Shown here piece by piece: positions 16,401 through 28,975 of a stretch of DNA of 64,000 bases (the stretch's first letter is position 1; every line of letters starts with the position of its first letter). The stretch is from the human T2T-CHM13v2.0 reference genome, Homo sapiens. Below the pieces are notes generated by a model, which saw only the letters and a list, made by a program, of their open reading frames with translations, was not told the origin of the DNA and did no database searches. The DNA lies in NCBI GenBank assembly GCA_009914755.4, contig CP068257.2, positions 36,864,001-36,928,000 of the forward strand, read 5' to 3'. The translations under genes were made by a program, and so were the position numbers.

Positions 16401-19004
16401 AAAAGTATAAGGTGAAAGTTCTTGGTACACAGATTTTTAATATATTATTGAACACACCTTGAGAAATAAAAGCTGAACTTCTCAAACACAGTTTCTATGG
16501 TACATATGAGTCAAATCTTCTAATACAAACATTTCAAATTATGAAAATACCAAACCAAAGAGTATTTTTGAAAATGGCTTGGCCCAATTCTGGGCAAACT
16601 TCCATTTTCTTATGCACTTTCCAACAAACTAAAAGCCTTATGAAAACACCACCAAATGCTTCTCACCTCCGTGCAGCAAAACTAAAGACATGCAACAAAC
16701 ACAATTTTCTTTTCCCTCCACTCAGCATCTGCTTTTGTTGCTGATTTTTCACATTTCTACAAATGTCACGAAGGCATGGTGGCCTTTAAAACAACTGAAC
16801 GGACCCCCATTCAAGACTGCATGCCCCTTGACTTGTAGTCACCATTAAATTGGCTTCATTTCCAGGAATCAGGCCATATTTAGGATTGTACCTGTGCAGA
16901 TTTACCTCCACATTAATCTCTACATGCTATCTACTAAAAACTTAGGCAAGGAAATGCATCAGACCAAACACCCCACAGCACAGAGAACCGACCGGCCATT
17001 GCTTTCCAATCTCCGCAAACCTAACCATTGCTGGAAGAAATCTTACTCACAGTGCACAGACAGTAGGTATTTTATTGAAGATAAACATATAGTGGAACAA
17101 ACCAAATTACCCCCATTTGAGTTACGTGAGCACTCAGTTCTCAGCGTGGATGTCCCACAAATCAAGTCAACATTTGCGTCCCATTACCAGCAGCCACTTG
17201 CCGAGTATCTCTTCGCTTCCACTGGGACTGCCTGGCATCCCTGATGCTAAGGAGCCACTGAAGAGCCTCCAAATGTCTGACATTCACAAACGCATCTTTT
17301 GCTTTGACCCGACCCTTCAACCTCTCCGAGTCTGCTGCCTTTTCTCAGACACACATCCAGGCACCGTTAGGGATAGTTAGAGAATCTGAAAATTCAGAAG
17401 CGCTCCGAAAAGCCTTTCCAAAAGTAATCCACAGCACTCAACAGTGAATTTAGAAACCCCAATTTTTTTCTGAGTTTGAAGTTTTTAAGCCTTGCGGATG
17501 GTTGGAGTAGGAAAAAGGAAATTTACTAGGCAGTGCAAAGGAAATCTTGTTGTCCTCTATTGTGGCAGTGGGGGTGTTGCCCAACCCTAACTTATCTGCC
17601 TTGATAAAGGAAACCAAAGAAAAGAGTAACAAGAACAAGATTTTGTCAAATTAAAAGGAACCCTTTCCTTACCTTAATAGTGCTGGCCATAATGCAATCA
17701 AGTTTATTGATCGTTAATAAATGTTAATAATAATTATTGCTTCTCTCTGACCAGAAAGTAGTTTTGATGAGGTTGTTTAGAGCGGATGAGATTGTGCTAA
17801 GTCTGGGAAATGAAGTCAGCCAATGGCAGGAAGAGGTTTCTATTGGTCCTGGCTGTCCAGCCCAAAGAAACAGGATATTTGGGAGTGGAGAGATAAGAGA
17901 CCCTGAAAACAATGTTGTTTTTCTTGATGATATGCAGCCAGGAGATTTTTTTTTTTTAATTAAAAAAAGAAAAGGCATCAATTGGGATGGGGACTGCCAC
18001 AGCAGGTGTGACCGGTGTGCCGCCGTGTGACACACTGCACTGAGACCAAGGCAGGATGCAGATGTGATGGGACTCCGCATGGCTTCACACGGGCTGCAAG
18101 CACCTTGGAGCCAAGGCGTTGAGGGCACCCCACTGCCCTGGGTGTCAGCCCTTCGCAGCCCAATTCTTCGCAGAATTACTAGGACAGAGGACTTGAGCTC
18201 CTTTCTCCTAAAAGGAAACTTTGCAGGTGGAGTTTATTTCATGTTAATAGATGGCCATGTTCAGTAACAGCCATTGCCTGGCTGATTTTTAACAACCTAT
18301 ATTTATTCAACATTTCATATAAGTGTTCCAGAACAGTTTCATTTTCTCCTTCCAAATACCTGCACTTTTTATTTGCTCTACAACAAAGTTGTTGAAAACG
18401 CAAGGACTCTAGGCTTACAGTAAACACGAAAAATAAAGAGGAAAAATAAACCTTCCTAAGTCTTGTTTTCAAGTATTTATTAAAACCCAAATAACTGAAG
18501 TGACTACAAATGTCCCGGAATATCAGTGAGCTGGTCTCACTCTGACAGACATCCATGTTGCAGACAACAGATCCTCATAGAACTTTTGGCTACCCAGAGA
18601 TGCCATGTGAGGGCCCCATTACATGTCTAAAATCCAAGCTATAAGTTCAGGGTCACAGGTCGGTTTTCTCCTCGAAGGAAGTACAGCGAATGCAGGCCTG
18701 AACATTCCTTAGAGGGTTTCAGGACTTTAATTACTCATTTTCAGGAAATTGCTTGGAAGAAACATTTTGCTTTGAATCTAGCTACAGGAACGCAGGACCC
18801 ATAAAGAGGTGTGGTCTCAATAGGCGACCCCAAGAACACAATAGACTAAATCCTGAGTCATCTGACAATTCCTGGTTGCAGAGCTGGACGTTCAGTAAAT
18901 GGATTTCACTCAGACTTTAGGCCGGCATGTGTCAGAGTTCTGTCCACCAGCCCAGGTCATTCTGGCTTTTATTATATACCTCTGATTTATCACCTCATGT
19001 TAGG

Positions 19005-19218
19005 ACAAAAGAAGGAGGAGAAGGAGAAAGATAAGGGGGGAAAGGGAGAGGAAGGAGAGGAGGAGGAGGAGGGAGGGAAGAGGGCGAGAAAAAATGGAGA
19101 AGGAGAAAGGAAGGACAGAAGAGAGAGAGAAAGGAAGGAGGATGGGAGGAAGGAGGGAGGAAGGAAGGAGAAAGGGAGGGAGGGAGGGAAAGAAAGAAGG
19201 AAAAGAAAAGAAAGAGAG
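19005..19218 (+). repeat. Polypurine (GA/GGA/GGAA)n tract, ~210 bp, purines on the + strand
   Basis: 'gaaggaggagaaggagaaagataaggggggaaagggagaggaaggagaggaggaggaggagggagggaag...ggaaggaaggagaaagggagggagggagggaaagaaagaaggaaaagaaaagaaagagag' is almost entirely G and A. Confidence 0.95.
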
Positions 19219-19910
19219 TATATTGTAAGAAAATCATTCTGTGGAAATCAGAACCTAAGTTCTCAGCACCTACATTATGAGGGGGTGTTGATTTCCGCTC
19301 TTTTCATCTCTGAACAATGAATAAGATGGCAGGCTGATTAAAATTCTGTTTCCCCCGAAAATTTCAAAGTCCTGAGCTGTTTTATCTGGGCAGCTTCCAC
19401 TAGAATTCTGGAGTGCGGAGGAGAAAAGCTCTCTCAGCTTCCCTGAGTGTCCTTGCTTTTTGTTCTCTCCTAAGAAGCATCAATGTAAAATGTTAACTGT
19501 GGCCTCCACAACACATGGCACCTGATTATGCCTTTACCAAACACCAGCTTTAAATAAGATGAACGCTTTGCTAATGAAATAGCCACGGAAGAAAATCCTG
19601 TGTGGTCCCGCCTCACCCACGCCTCGTGGTTGCTAATCCAGCCCTCAGTTGTTCCCTGCAGCAGGAAAGATCAGCATTTCTACTGGGACCTAATGCTTCA
19701 GTGATGATTTGGCCTTAACTCCCTGGTTCTTGCCTAATGCAAATCAAACTGTGAAGAGTGGGATTTCTTACCTCTCTATTTTGAAATAATTTCCAACTTA
19801 CAGAAAAGCCACAAGATAATACACCAAACTCCTAATACCCTTTGCCTGGTTAACTCTGATTGTCTACTGGTGCCAATGTACATCATTTTCTCTGCTTTCT
19901 CTCACACATG

Positions 19911-19943
19911 CTCTCTCTCTCTCAATCTCTGTCTCTCTCTCCC
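19911..19943. repeat. (CT)n microsatellite, imperfect
   Basis: 'ctctctctctctctcaatctctgtctctctctccc'. Confidence 0.9.
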
Positions 19944-20337
19944 ATATTTATTTATGTATAACATACATGCATGCATATATCCATCATTTTCTAACTAATA
20001 AAAATATTGTTTTATAAGAGACAAATTTATTTATTGGATACTAAAAAAGAGAAAAACAGATGCTATTATTTGATCAATATTCAATCCATAAGTTTTACTG
20101 CGTCTAATTTTGGAAATGCATACAAACATAAAAAGTGATCTAATAAAAAGTTAATTTGGGGATACTGAGTGGTAAATTCTGTTCCAAAATTTTACAAAGG
20201 AAACTCCTCCTCATTTCTAATGACAAAATGTTTGATTGATTCCTGTTGTCTTCAAAGAGAATAATTCTTGATGTTTCAAATGGCATCATAGCATCCAAGC
20301 CTGGTAATCTCTGACTATTTAATGTAAAGTGTTTTAA

Positions 20338-20677
<340 letters not shown>

Positions 20678-22037
20678 AAGGCACATCTATTAACTAGAAT
20701 ATAGCAGTGCAGAAACCGTTTCCCAAATATTATCCTATGGGGAAATTATCTGAAGATATAGATATCACTCTAGCTTTCCTCACTTGTACCCCAAGTCTAT
20801 GTTATTAAATGGCCTCATCCCTACACCACCCAGCAGCCTAAGAACCAGGCTGCCTTTCCCACCTGATACCTCCTCTCCCTAGGGAAATATGCCCTCCAAG
20901 CCACCACGCGGACCAAGTTAGGGGGCAATCTGGCACACGGCCCCTACCTGAGGCCCGTCCTGCCATGAGCCTATCAGGGCAGGGTCCTTTTTCACTCTCC
21001 TTGAGATGCAGTAATCACCACACTAGACCAGCACAGCCCATACAGTAGCTGTGGACAGCAGAACCTATGAATAAAGCACACATTTCCCTTGCATGCTTCT
21101 CTGCCACAAACCCATCCCCTGTGAATCTGCCAAAACCTTCCACTAGTCTCCTCACATTTTACTCCAAAGAAAGAAACAAAATAATATAACATAAATATAC
21201 CATAAATTCACTGTCACAATAAAAGAAACACTAGTATTTATTTATCCTAAAATCATTTCTTCCCATTTTCTAAAGATCGAACAAGTTCTCATTCTTGTTC
21301 CCTTACTAACTTCTCTGTATGGAATATGGGGAGGAAGGTTAGGAGCTAAGAACACTCTGAATGACAGCCACATGGTTCTCAATGTAATACATGCGCAGAG
21401 CAAAGAGAGGAGATCCGTCTGAACCTCCACATCTGTGGGGACACAACAGAAGATTCACTCATGACTCATTCATGTCTTTATCCCTGCCCTATACATCCCT
21501 ACAATGGAACGCCCTTCCTCCTCAAAAACATTGCAGGAAAATGATGTCGTAGATGAACACTTAGCAATATGGAAAACTGCTCTGATATTTTACCTGGTTA
21601 GTTAAAAAATCACAGTATATAGGAGAATTATATCCATAGACTCATTTTGTTAAAAATAAAAAGGCAGTTGGGGATGGCCGTGCATTCTGTTCCAAAGCAT
21701 CTGTGAACCTGAGGAATAGACACCATGAGCGAAGCTAACCTTCCCGAGTTGAAAAATGAAATGCAATGGTGGCAGACATGTCCAAGGAATATTATGGGGA
21801 CTCGATCCCTTTATGAATCTTGTCATAGATGAATGTGTGGAGATGTCAACTAGTTGGCAGCAGAACAGTATTGGAACGGTGGTAATACAAGGAAATAGTA
21901 TCATCATATTAGAAACTTTGGAATGAGTATAAATAATGGCTGTTCAACAGAAAAACCCATGTCCCCTCTCCAAAGGGCCTGTTTCACTATATGTAAAAAT
22001 TAGGTCATGTATGTTTTCATATTAGACTTTTTGTTAA

Positions 22038-22336
<299 letters not shown>

Positions 22337-23299
22337 AATAACCTTTTGTAATAGTCAAAAAATAAAAAATAAATAAAAAGGCAAAGTAAAAATATTGACA
22401 GCTATATCTTATAATACCAATGGCAGAGAAGCTTTTTGTTTTTTCCCCTCTTCTTCTTTGGTTCACTTATATTTTCAAAACATAAATTTGTAATAAACAT
22501 AAATTATATCCTAATATAAAAATATGTAAGTAACATGCAATGTTGTTCATTTTTGTAAATATCTGAAAAATACAGGCATGTTCTGTAAAAAGTGCAGCCC
22601 ACAATACTTGTAGGTGTCAAACCTTTTAGCATGCCCAAATGCCTGTTCTTTTTTAAATGTCTACAGCAAGCATAGAGCTCTTTTTTTTTTTTCATTTTAT
22701 TAAGAAAACCCAGAAACGCTCAAGAGTTTCGTGGAGGCCATCTATGCGGCATTAATCCATTCAGGTGATATTAATGGCCTTTTCCTGCCAGGAACTCCAG
22801 TGGGCACTCAGGAAGCCAGGATTACAGGGCTCTATCCAGTCACCGCATGTCTCGGCATCGGGAAGCCTATCTCAGTCTCCTCAAATTCTGCACACATAAA
22901 ACTTCAGAGCCTGGGAGCGACCCATGAAACGCAGGTTTTTAAGGACAAAACAATAGGACAAAAGTGCTGTATATTGTCCTTAAGATGACACATGAATTTA
23001 AAATGCATAGTGTTTGGATTATTCATGAGAGCCCCGCAAGAACGATGTCCCAGGGGTTTTTGCCAGGAACATGCCTGAGATTGTAGATAAGAATCAAGCA
23101 TCTGGGGCTGCCGCACAATGGAAAACTCCAGCACTCCATGGAACTTTTCCATCTGCAGCAGTCGGAGGATTTGCCTGAGAACATACGCGGCATGAAGACA
23201 CTCTCAGCCCTCAAGGGCACCCAGTCAGCGCTGTTTAAGGACGGTTTTTCTGTTCACAGCATACTTCATGATTACAGCTTCACTCCATTGGATACAACT

Positions 23300-23365
23300 A
23301 TGTGAGTATGTGTGTATGAGTGTGTGAGTGTGTGTATGAGGGTGTGTGTGTGGGGGGGTAGGGGA
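23300..23365. repeat. (GT)n-rich simple repeat, imperfect, with a terminal G-run
   Basis: 'tgtgagtatgtgtgtatgagtgtgtgagtgtgtgtatgagggtgtgtgtgtgggggggtagggg'. Confidence 0.9.
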
Positions 23366-26039
23366 GTGCCATATCCCCCAGCAGCACATTAAGAAATAAT
23401 CCAATTACAATTTAAATAACCATTGTTTCAACACTTTCTCTAAGTGGTGAATGTATTCTTCAGTCTCTTGGTTGATCTGAACTAATAGAAACCAAGGAAA
23501 CTGTTATCACATACCAAATCCTCAACTTCTCAACACCAAGTTGCAATTTCCTTAATACTGAAGCACACGTCAGTTCAGTTCTATAAGCTCCCATGGAGCA
23601 ATGATTTCAATAAACACAATTTCATAAGCATCCCACACGTTCTCAAGTTTAGGCCAATTTTGCTCTTACTCAACTCCATATGACTTTAAAAATGCAGGAA
23701 TATTAAAACCATTATCAAGGACTCCAAATAGGTCAATGTATTATCTGTGGTTTTAAGAAAGAAACCTAAGAGGAGAGTAATTATTTTGTCACCATTATTT
23801 AGCTTAAAATAACTTTTAAATGTATTGTTCCAATTATTAGGCTTCTCCATATAATTTGGAAACCATTAAATGAGTTTCAACTTCTTTGTCCGTATAACTG
23901 GGTATATCTGAGCATAGATGCTACAGACATCACGTTGCCATTGGTGCCCATAAGGCTTCGTATGCCCACAGGGCATATAATTAAGATTCACAAAAGCATC
24001 TGACTGGCATCCCACTCTACCCCCGACTCAGATCCAAAGTATCCTTTCCCAGGTACTGTCCCCTGTCACCATCCTTGGCCAAATTGAGAATTTATCCCAG
24101 GTTGTTGAAATTAATTTTGATTTTGATTCTAGTCAGAGTTTTAAATGATTTTTTAAGAAGTGTGTCAATCTCACCTATAAGATACTAAACAGCATCACTT
24201 ATTTTTGTCTTAATCTGTCACTATTTTATGAATTATTTTTAAAGAAAATACAGATTACTTCTTAAAGAAAGATCATAAGTGGCACTATAATAGCATTCAA
24301 TTGATAGAAATTGATGTAGAAGCCTGCATTAATAATTTTTCCTGCTGCTTTCTAAAGTTGGCTTTTAGTTTTCGGTTGAGGTGGGCTTTAATTCAGCATC
24401 ACCTCATTTGATGATTTATTTACTAATTTATTTCCATCACAAATGGAATCAGAAATGAAGCGAAGGCAAAAAATCTTTGCCACAAATTCATTTATATTTG
24501 CATGAGTATCACCAGGCTACCTGCGGATGCAATGAAGCCCTATACCCGTGCCTGAAGTCAGGAGCACAGGACACTGGGAGTCTGTCTCAGCGCAGTAACT
24601 GCTACATGGTACGCTCCACATGGTATCCTCTCCACCTGAGCCCTCCTCATCCCTCGCCCCCTCTCCACACCTCACCCTCTCCACACTGTATTATCTCCCA
24701 CTGCAAGCAACGCAGAGGACACAGAGGTGCAGCTGAAGTGAAGGCAGGCCAGTTCTTTTCCAATTCACTCTTATGAAAATGTGTTAAATCCCGTTAAATG
24801 CACCGACCTGAACTGAAACGATGATATCAGTAAATTTGTTGTTGTCATCTGATGCCCACACAGATCTCAGCACATGTTTTGGGAAAGGCTGCAGTGTTCA
24901 AGGAGTACTAGAAATGTTCTTTCTGAGTGGACTGGCCATGATAAGCCAAAGAATATTATAGCCGATAGGGATAAATCATGGTTTTCCCACTGCGCGGTTG
25001 CCTGGTGGAGATTATTCCAGCCTTTATTTACAGCTACAAAAATAATCCTGCCTCAAGGATTTTAGGAAGCAACCACCTCCTGCCTAAAGAACTACACTGC
25101 ATTGTTGACTTGCCAGCTAGAAACCAGACATGAGTCGTGCAGGGAAGTTCCCTTTGAACGGCTTGAATTGTTGTCACTAGAGGGTGCTAAATGCCCCTCA
25201 AAAAGGCCTTTAGAGAGAATACTAGTGTGCCTAATTCTTGATTTAAATTCCTTGAATTGACATTATTTTACAAAGTGGTCTCATTTTTTACTTGTTAAAA
25301 TTAAGATCTAACATTTATAATGCAGAAATGGTGTTTTTTTTTTGAAAAATTTGGATTGTTCATTATTATAGAACATAAAGAAATACACGTTTTAGGAGCA
25401 AACATGAATTACACAGATCTGAATATAAGATTAAAGGCATAAATCTGGGGGGGTGAGATTTGTCCATGGAAATTGTATAATTGTTTTATGCCACTGTTAA
25501 TGATTTTAAAGCCTGAAAAATTTACCACTTTACAATAATTTTAGATTGTTCAATATGTTCCCAAATGTGAGTTGCATCAAATTCGGTAAATGTAGAGTAT
25601 GTTTGTTTTCTCTGTACACAATACTGACGTCAGTGCTAGTGCCTGCCTAAACTCAGACACCAGTAGATCCTTTTCCAGAACTAAGTGTTATAGGAGGAAT
25701 ATGGATTATACTGTAATATATCAGATGTGAAAAAAGCCTCACGGTCCCTTCCTTTCTCAAAAAAAACGTGTAGTATTTTGGAATATGCATGGAGTATAGC
25801 ACTTCTAAAAATGGTACTTTATGTATATATGAAGTAAAATAGGCCTTAAAACTTAATATACAGATTTCCTTGAAAATAATCTTATTATACATTTACACTG
25901 ACTTTTTGGTCATCCAAACATTATGCACTTAAGCAAAAAGAAATATAACCAATTTTGCAACTTTCCTCTTCCTGCCTTTGCTTCTACTTAAAAATATCTG
26001 CAGTATTTCCTTTTCTCGCCGCTTCCACTTTGGTTCATA

Positions 26040-26660
26040 TACCAAGGAATCGTGAGGTCAATGGGTGACAGTTGTTTGTCTGTGTTCACGGCTGTCGGGC
26101 GGGGCTGGGTGTGGGTAAGGCTCTGACCGACATCTGAAGAGGCTTCACCCACTGCGGTTTAGGATACATTTTCCTCTCGCTCTGCCAGTAGAACAGGGAG
26201 GCTAGTTTTCAATGTGTTCTACAGAAGGATAATTAAGGCAGTGTGTCACCTGCTCGTCTGCTATTTTTAAAAGGAAACAAACATAACCTTTGCATGTGAG
26301 AGGCATTGCAAACTAGATGGGAGGAGGCCCGGACCCTGTAACAGTCGTACATTCCGGTCCCAGCTTCGCTGGGGTGCAACTGCAGATAAAAGACGCTGGC
26401 TCGACAAAAAGCGCCCCTGGGCTCTGCATTGCCAGCATGCACAATACGAATTGCTAATGATGAGCTGGCTTAGGTAGGAACTGAGGACCCTGAGTGCAGG
26501 GCTAACCTCTGCTTCACAGGAGGGGTCCACTGGCGCGCGCTGGAGGCGGGGAGCCTTCGTGATATTTCTCCGAAGGGAAGAGTCCATGCAGCATCCTGAT
26601 AACAGGGACCTTGGCTTCATCCCCAACTGCTCGGTGACCCCGATGCGTCATTTAATTCAT
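26040..26660. other. CpG-enriched, non-repetitive segment; possible regulatory element (speculative)
   Basis: More than 20 CpG dinucleotides in about 600 bp (for example 'gtcgggcggggc', 'ggcgcgcgctggaggcgggg', 'gacgctggctcgacaaaaagcgcccc', 'cggtgaccccgatgcgtc'). The surrounding 60 kb is strongly CpG-depleted. There is no match to Alu, L1 or MIR. Confidence 0.2.
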
Positions 26661-26840
26661 TTGTGCCAATATTCCTTTTTCAATCAACCAGTAACTTTGC
26701 AGGTTTGTTCAAAGAAGAAATTAAAATGCATTGGAGATGGAAGGCAGCCATCTTCCCGGAGCCCCAGTGCTGACACTGGGAGGGGAACCCCAGGATTCCC
26801 TCATGACTGTGTCAGTGATGGCCCTCAACAAGCACTTACT

Positions 26841-26879
26841 GAATGAGTGAATGAATGAATGAATGAATGAATGAATGAA
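26841..26879. repeat. (TGAA)n microsatellite
   Basis: 'gaatgagtgaatgaatgaatgaatgaatgaatgaag'. Confidence 0.95.
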
Positions 26880-27257
26880 GCCGGCCACAGAGCCCAGGAG
26901 TATCAGGGGAGAGCAATACTGGCTGTGTCAGTGGCTAGTCCAGGAGAGCCCTTCAAGAGCCCAGAGTTCGACTTGAACTTGGGACTCCCCTGGGATGGGT
27001 GAGGTTCTCTCAACAGCAGTTGACAGGAGGGAACTGGGACAGGCCCAGCCAGTTTCATTCAGTCCAGCCAGCTGTGGCTCCTCTTTAGGAATGTGGCCAG
27101 GCCCAGCTGTGGCCAAAGCACCAGCCAGTCCCTCAGTTCTGAACAGAACGTGCCCAGCATCAGTGCCTTCATTTGTTTTTAAACTGCCTGCTGACCATCC
27201 ACAAAGTTAAGATGACAGCTGGGACTTAAGTTGTGAGGAACCAATGGCTCCCCCATC

Positions 27258-27886
27258 ACTCTCTCTCACACACACGCACATGCACACACACAGAGACACA
27301 CAGACACACACACATGCACACACACAGAGACACACAAACACACATGCACACACACAGACACACACACGCACATGCACACACACAGACACACACACGCACA
27401 TGCACACACACAGACACACAGACACACACACATGCACATACACAGACGCACATAGACACATGCACAGAAGCACACAGACACATATACAGACACACACAGC
27501 ATGCACACAGACCCACATACACATACACACAGACACACACATACACCCACACATGTGAAAACACACACACAAAGACACATACATACACACAGGTGCAAAG
27601 ACAAACACACAGACACACATAAACACACATATATATACACAGATACACACACTGACACACACAAACATGCCCACAGACACATACACAGACACAAAGACAG
27701 ACACACATACACATAGATGTATGCACACAGACACACAGAAGCACACAAACACAGACACACAAACACACAGGCACACAGAAGCACACACACACACATACAC
27801 ACAAAGACAGACACATATAAACACACATATACACACATGCACACACATATATACACACAGACACACAGGCAAACACAGACACACAA
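27258..27886. repeat. Long compound AC-rich repeat: (CA)n interrupted by GA, TG and CG, with ~28-bp higher-order units
   Basis: About 630 bp of 'cacacacgcacatgcacacacacagacaca...' with an exact 28-bp unit repeated in tandem at 27365-27420. Every long ORF across 27207-28044, on both strands (Cys/Val-rich or His/Thr-rich), is a translation artifact of this tract. Confidence 0.95.
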
Positions 27887-28191
27887 TGGATGGTATCGAT
27901 ATCTATGAACAGATGAGAGAGAGAGACAGAGCAGGAGGTCATCTGCTCCCCACCCCTCTTCTCCCCACTGTCACCACCTCTCTCCCAAGTCTAGCTGCAG
28001 GCCCTGTGAGCTGTGGAAGTGGCTTTTTTAAGCTGTCTTCTTAGATTGAGTCATTGGGCAGTGAGGAAGGTAAATTTTCTCTAAGAAGCCTCCCAAATCT
28101 GTATCTTATGGGATTTCCGTCTCAATAATTGAGCTAATAGTACCTGTAAGCAAGTGGATAGTCAATAAAAAAAAAATACCGGCTGTAAGAA

Positions 28192-28224
28192 CGAATGAAT
28201 GAATGAGTGGATGAGTGGATGAGT
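28192..28224. repeat. (GAAT)n/(GAGTGGAT)n short microsatellite
   Basis: 'gaatgaatgaatgagtggatgagtggatgag'. Confidence 0.85.
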
Positions 28225-28439
28225 ATACATCCTCTATTTTGCTGGCATCATGATTATTTTACAGCAGATTTATCTGGATTTCAATATAAAATAAGAGCTC
28301 CCATTTGTATACAACTTAGTCCTTGTAATTTTCCAAAGTAACTCTGATTAAAATTATTTCCAGCCAAACTATTTAGGCAACTGGGTTGGTTTCACACGTA
28401 CTTATCAGAAACCATTAGAATGGTATATTGATTGCATTT

Positions 28440-28975
28440 CTAGACATTTGCCATACCACCATGGCAACTGTATTTCCCAAGATGGCCCAGTAGGATGTCC
28501 CATCATGCATAACCTTCTATAAAGTGACATTGACTTTGCTTCCATCAGAAAGTGAGGTCCACGTTCCCACTCCTTGAATCTGAGTTGGGCTGTGACTACA
28601 GCAGAAGTTCAGCTATGTGGCTTCCAAGGCTACCTTGGAAAGGTGATAGAGCTTCCACCTGATTTTCTTGGGAACAGCCACTCTTAAACCTCAGCCACCA
28701 TACGGGGAGAAAGCCCAAGCCATGTGACGAGGCCATTTGTAGGTGTTCCAGTCATCAGTCCCAGCCCACAGCCAGCATTAACCCCCAGAGGTATAAATGA
28801 AGAAACCAAGATCACTCCAGCCCCAACCGGCACTTGACTGCAAACCTATAAGAGACTCCAAGCAAATAATATCTATCTCAGCCCAATCAAGCCCTGGAAC
28901 CATGAGAGATTCTAAATAATAAAGTGATCATTGTGATTTTAAGCCACTGAGTCCTGCAGTGAGTTGTTATATAGC
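28440..28975 (+). mobile_element. Probable old interspersed repeat (LTR/MER-like); family not determined
   Basis: It contains '...agccaccatacggggagaaagcccaagccatgtgacgaggccatttgtaggtgttccagtcatcagtcccagcccacagccagcattaaccc...aaataataaagtgatcattgtgattttaagccactgagtcctgcagtgagttgttatatagcaacc'. I recognise that 3' motif ('ataataaa..ttgttgttttaagccactaagttttggggtaatttgttacacagcaatagataact') from a common human interspersed repeat but cannot assign the family from memory. Confidence 0.4.

Noticed and set aside
18995-19320. 107-aa Lys/Glu/Gly/Arg-rich ORF (+) and 80-aa Ser/Pro/Leu-rich ORF (-)
   Set aside because: Both are translations of the polypurine/polypyrimidine tract and have no start context or domain.
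27207-28044. Six overlapping ORFs of 71-228 aa on both strands (Cys/Val-rich and His/Thr-rich 'proteins')
   Set aside because: They lie entirely within the (CA)n-rich compound repeat. The open frames come from low-complexity dinucleotide sequence that rarely yields stop codons. The compositions (poly CVCVC, HTHTHT) are not those of real proteins.
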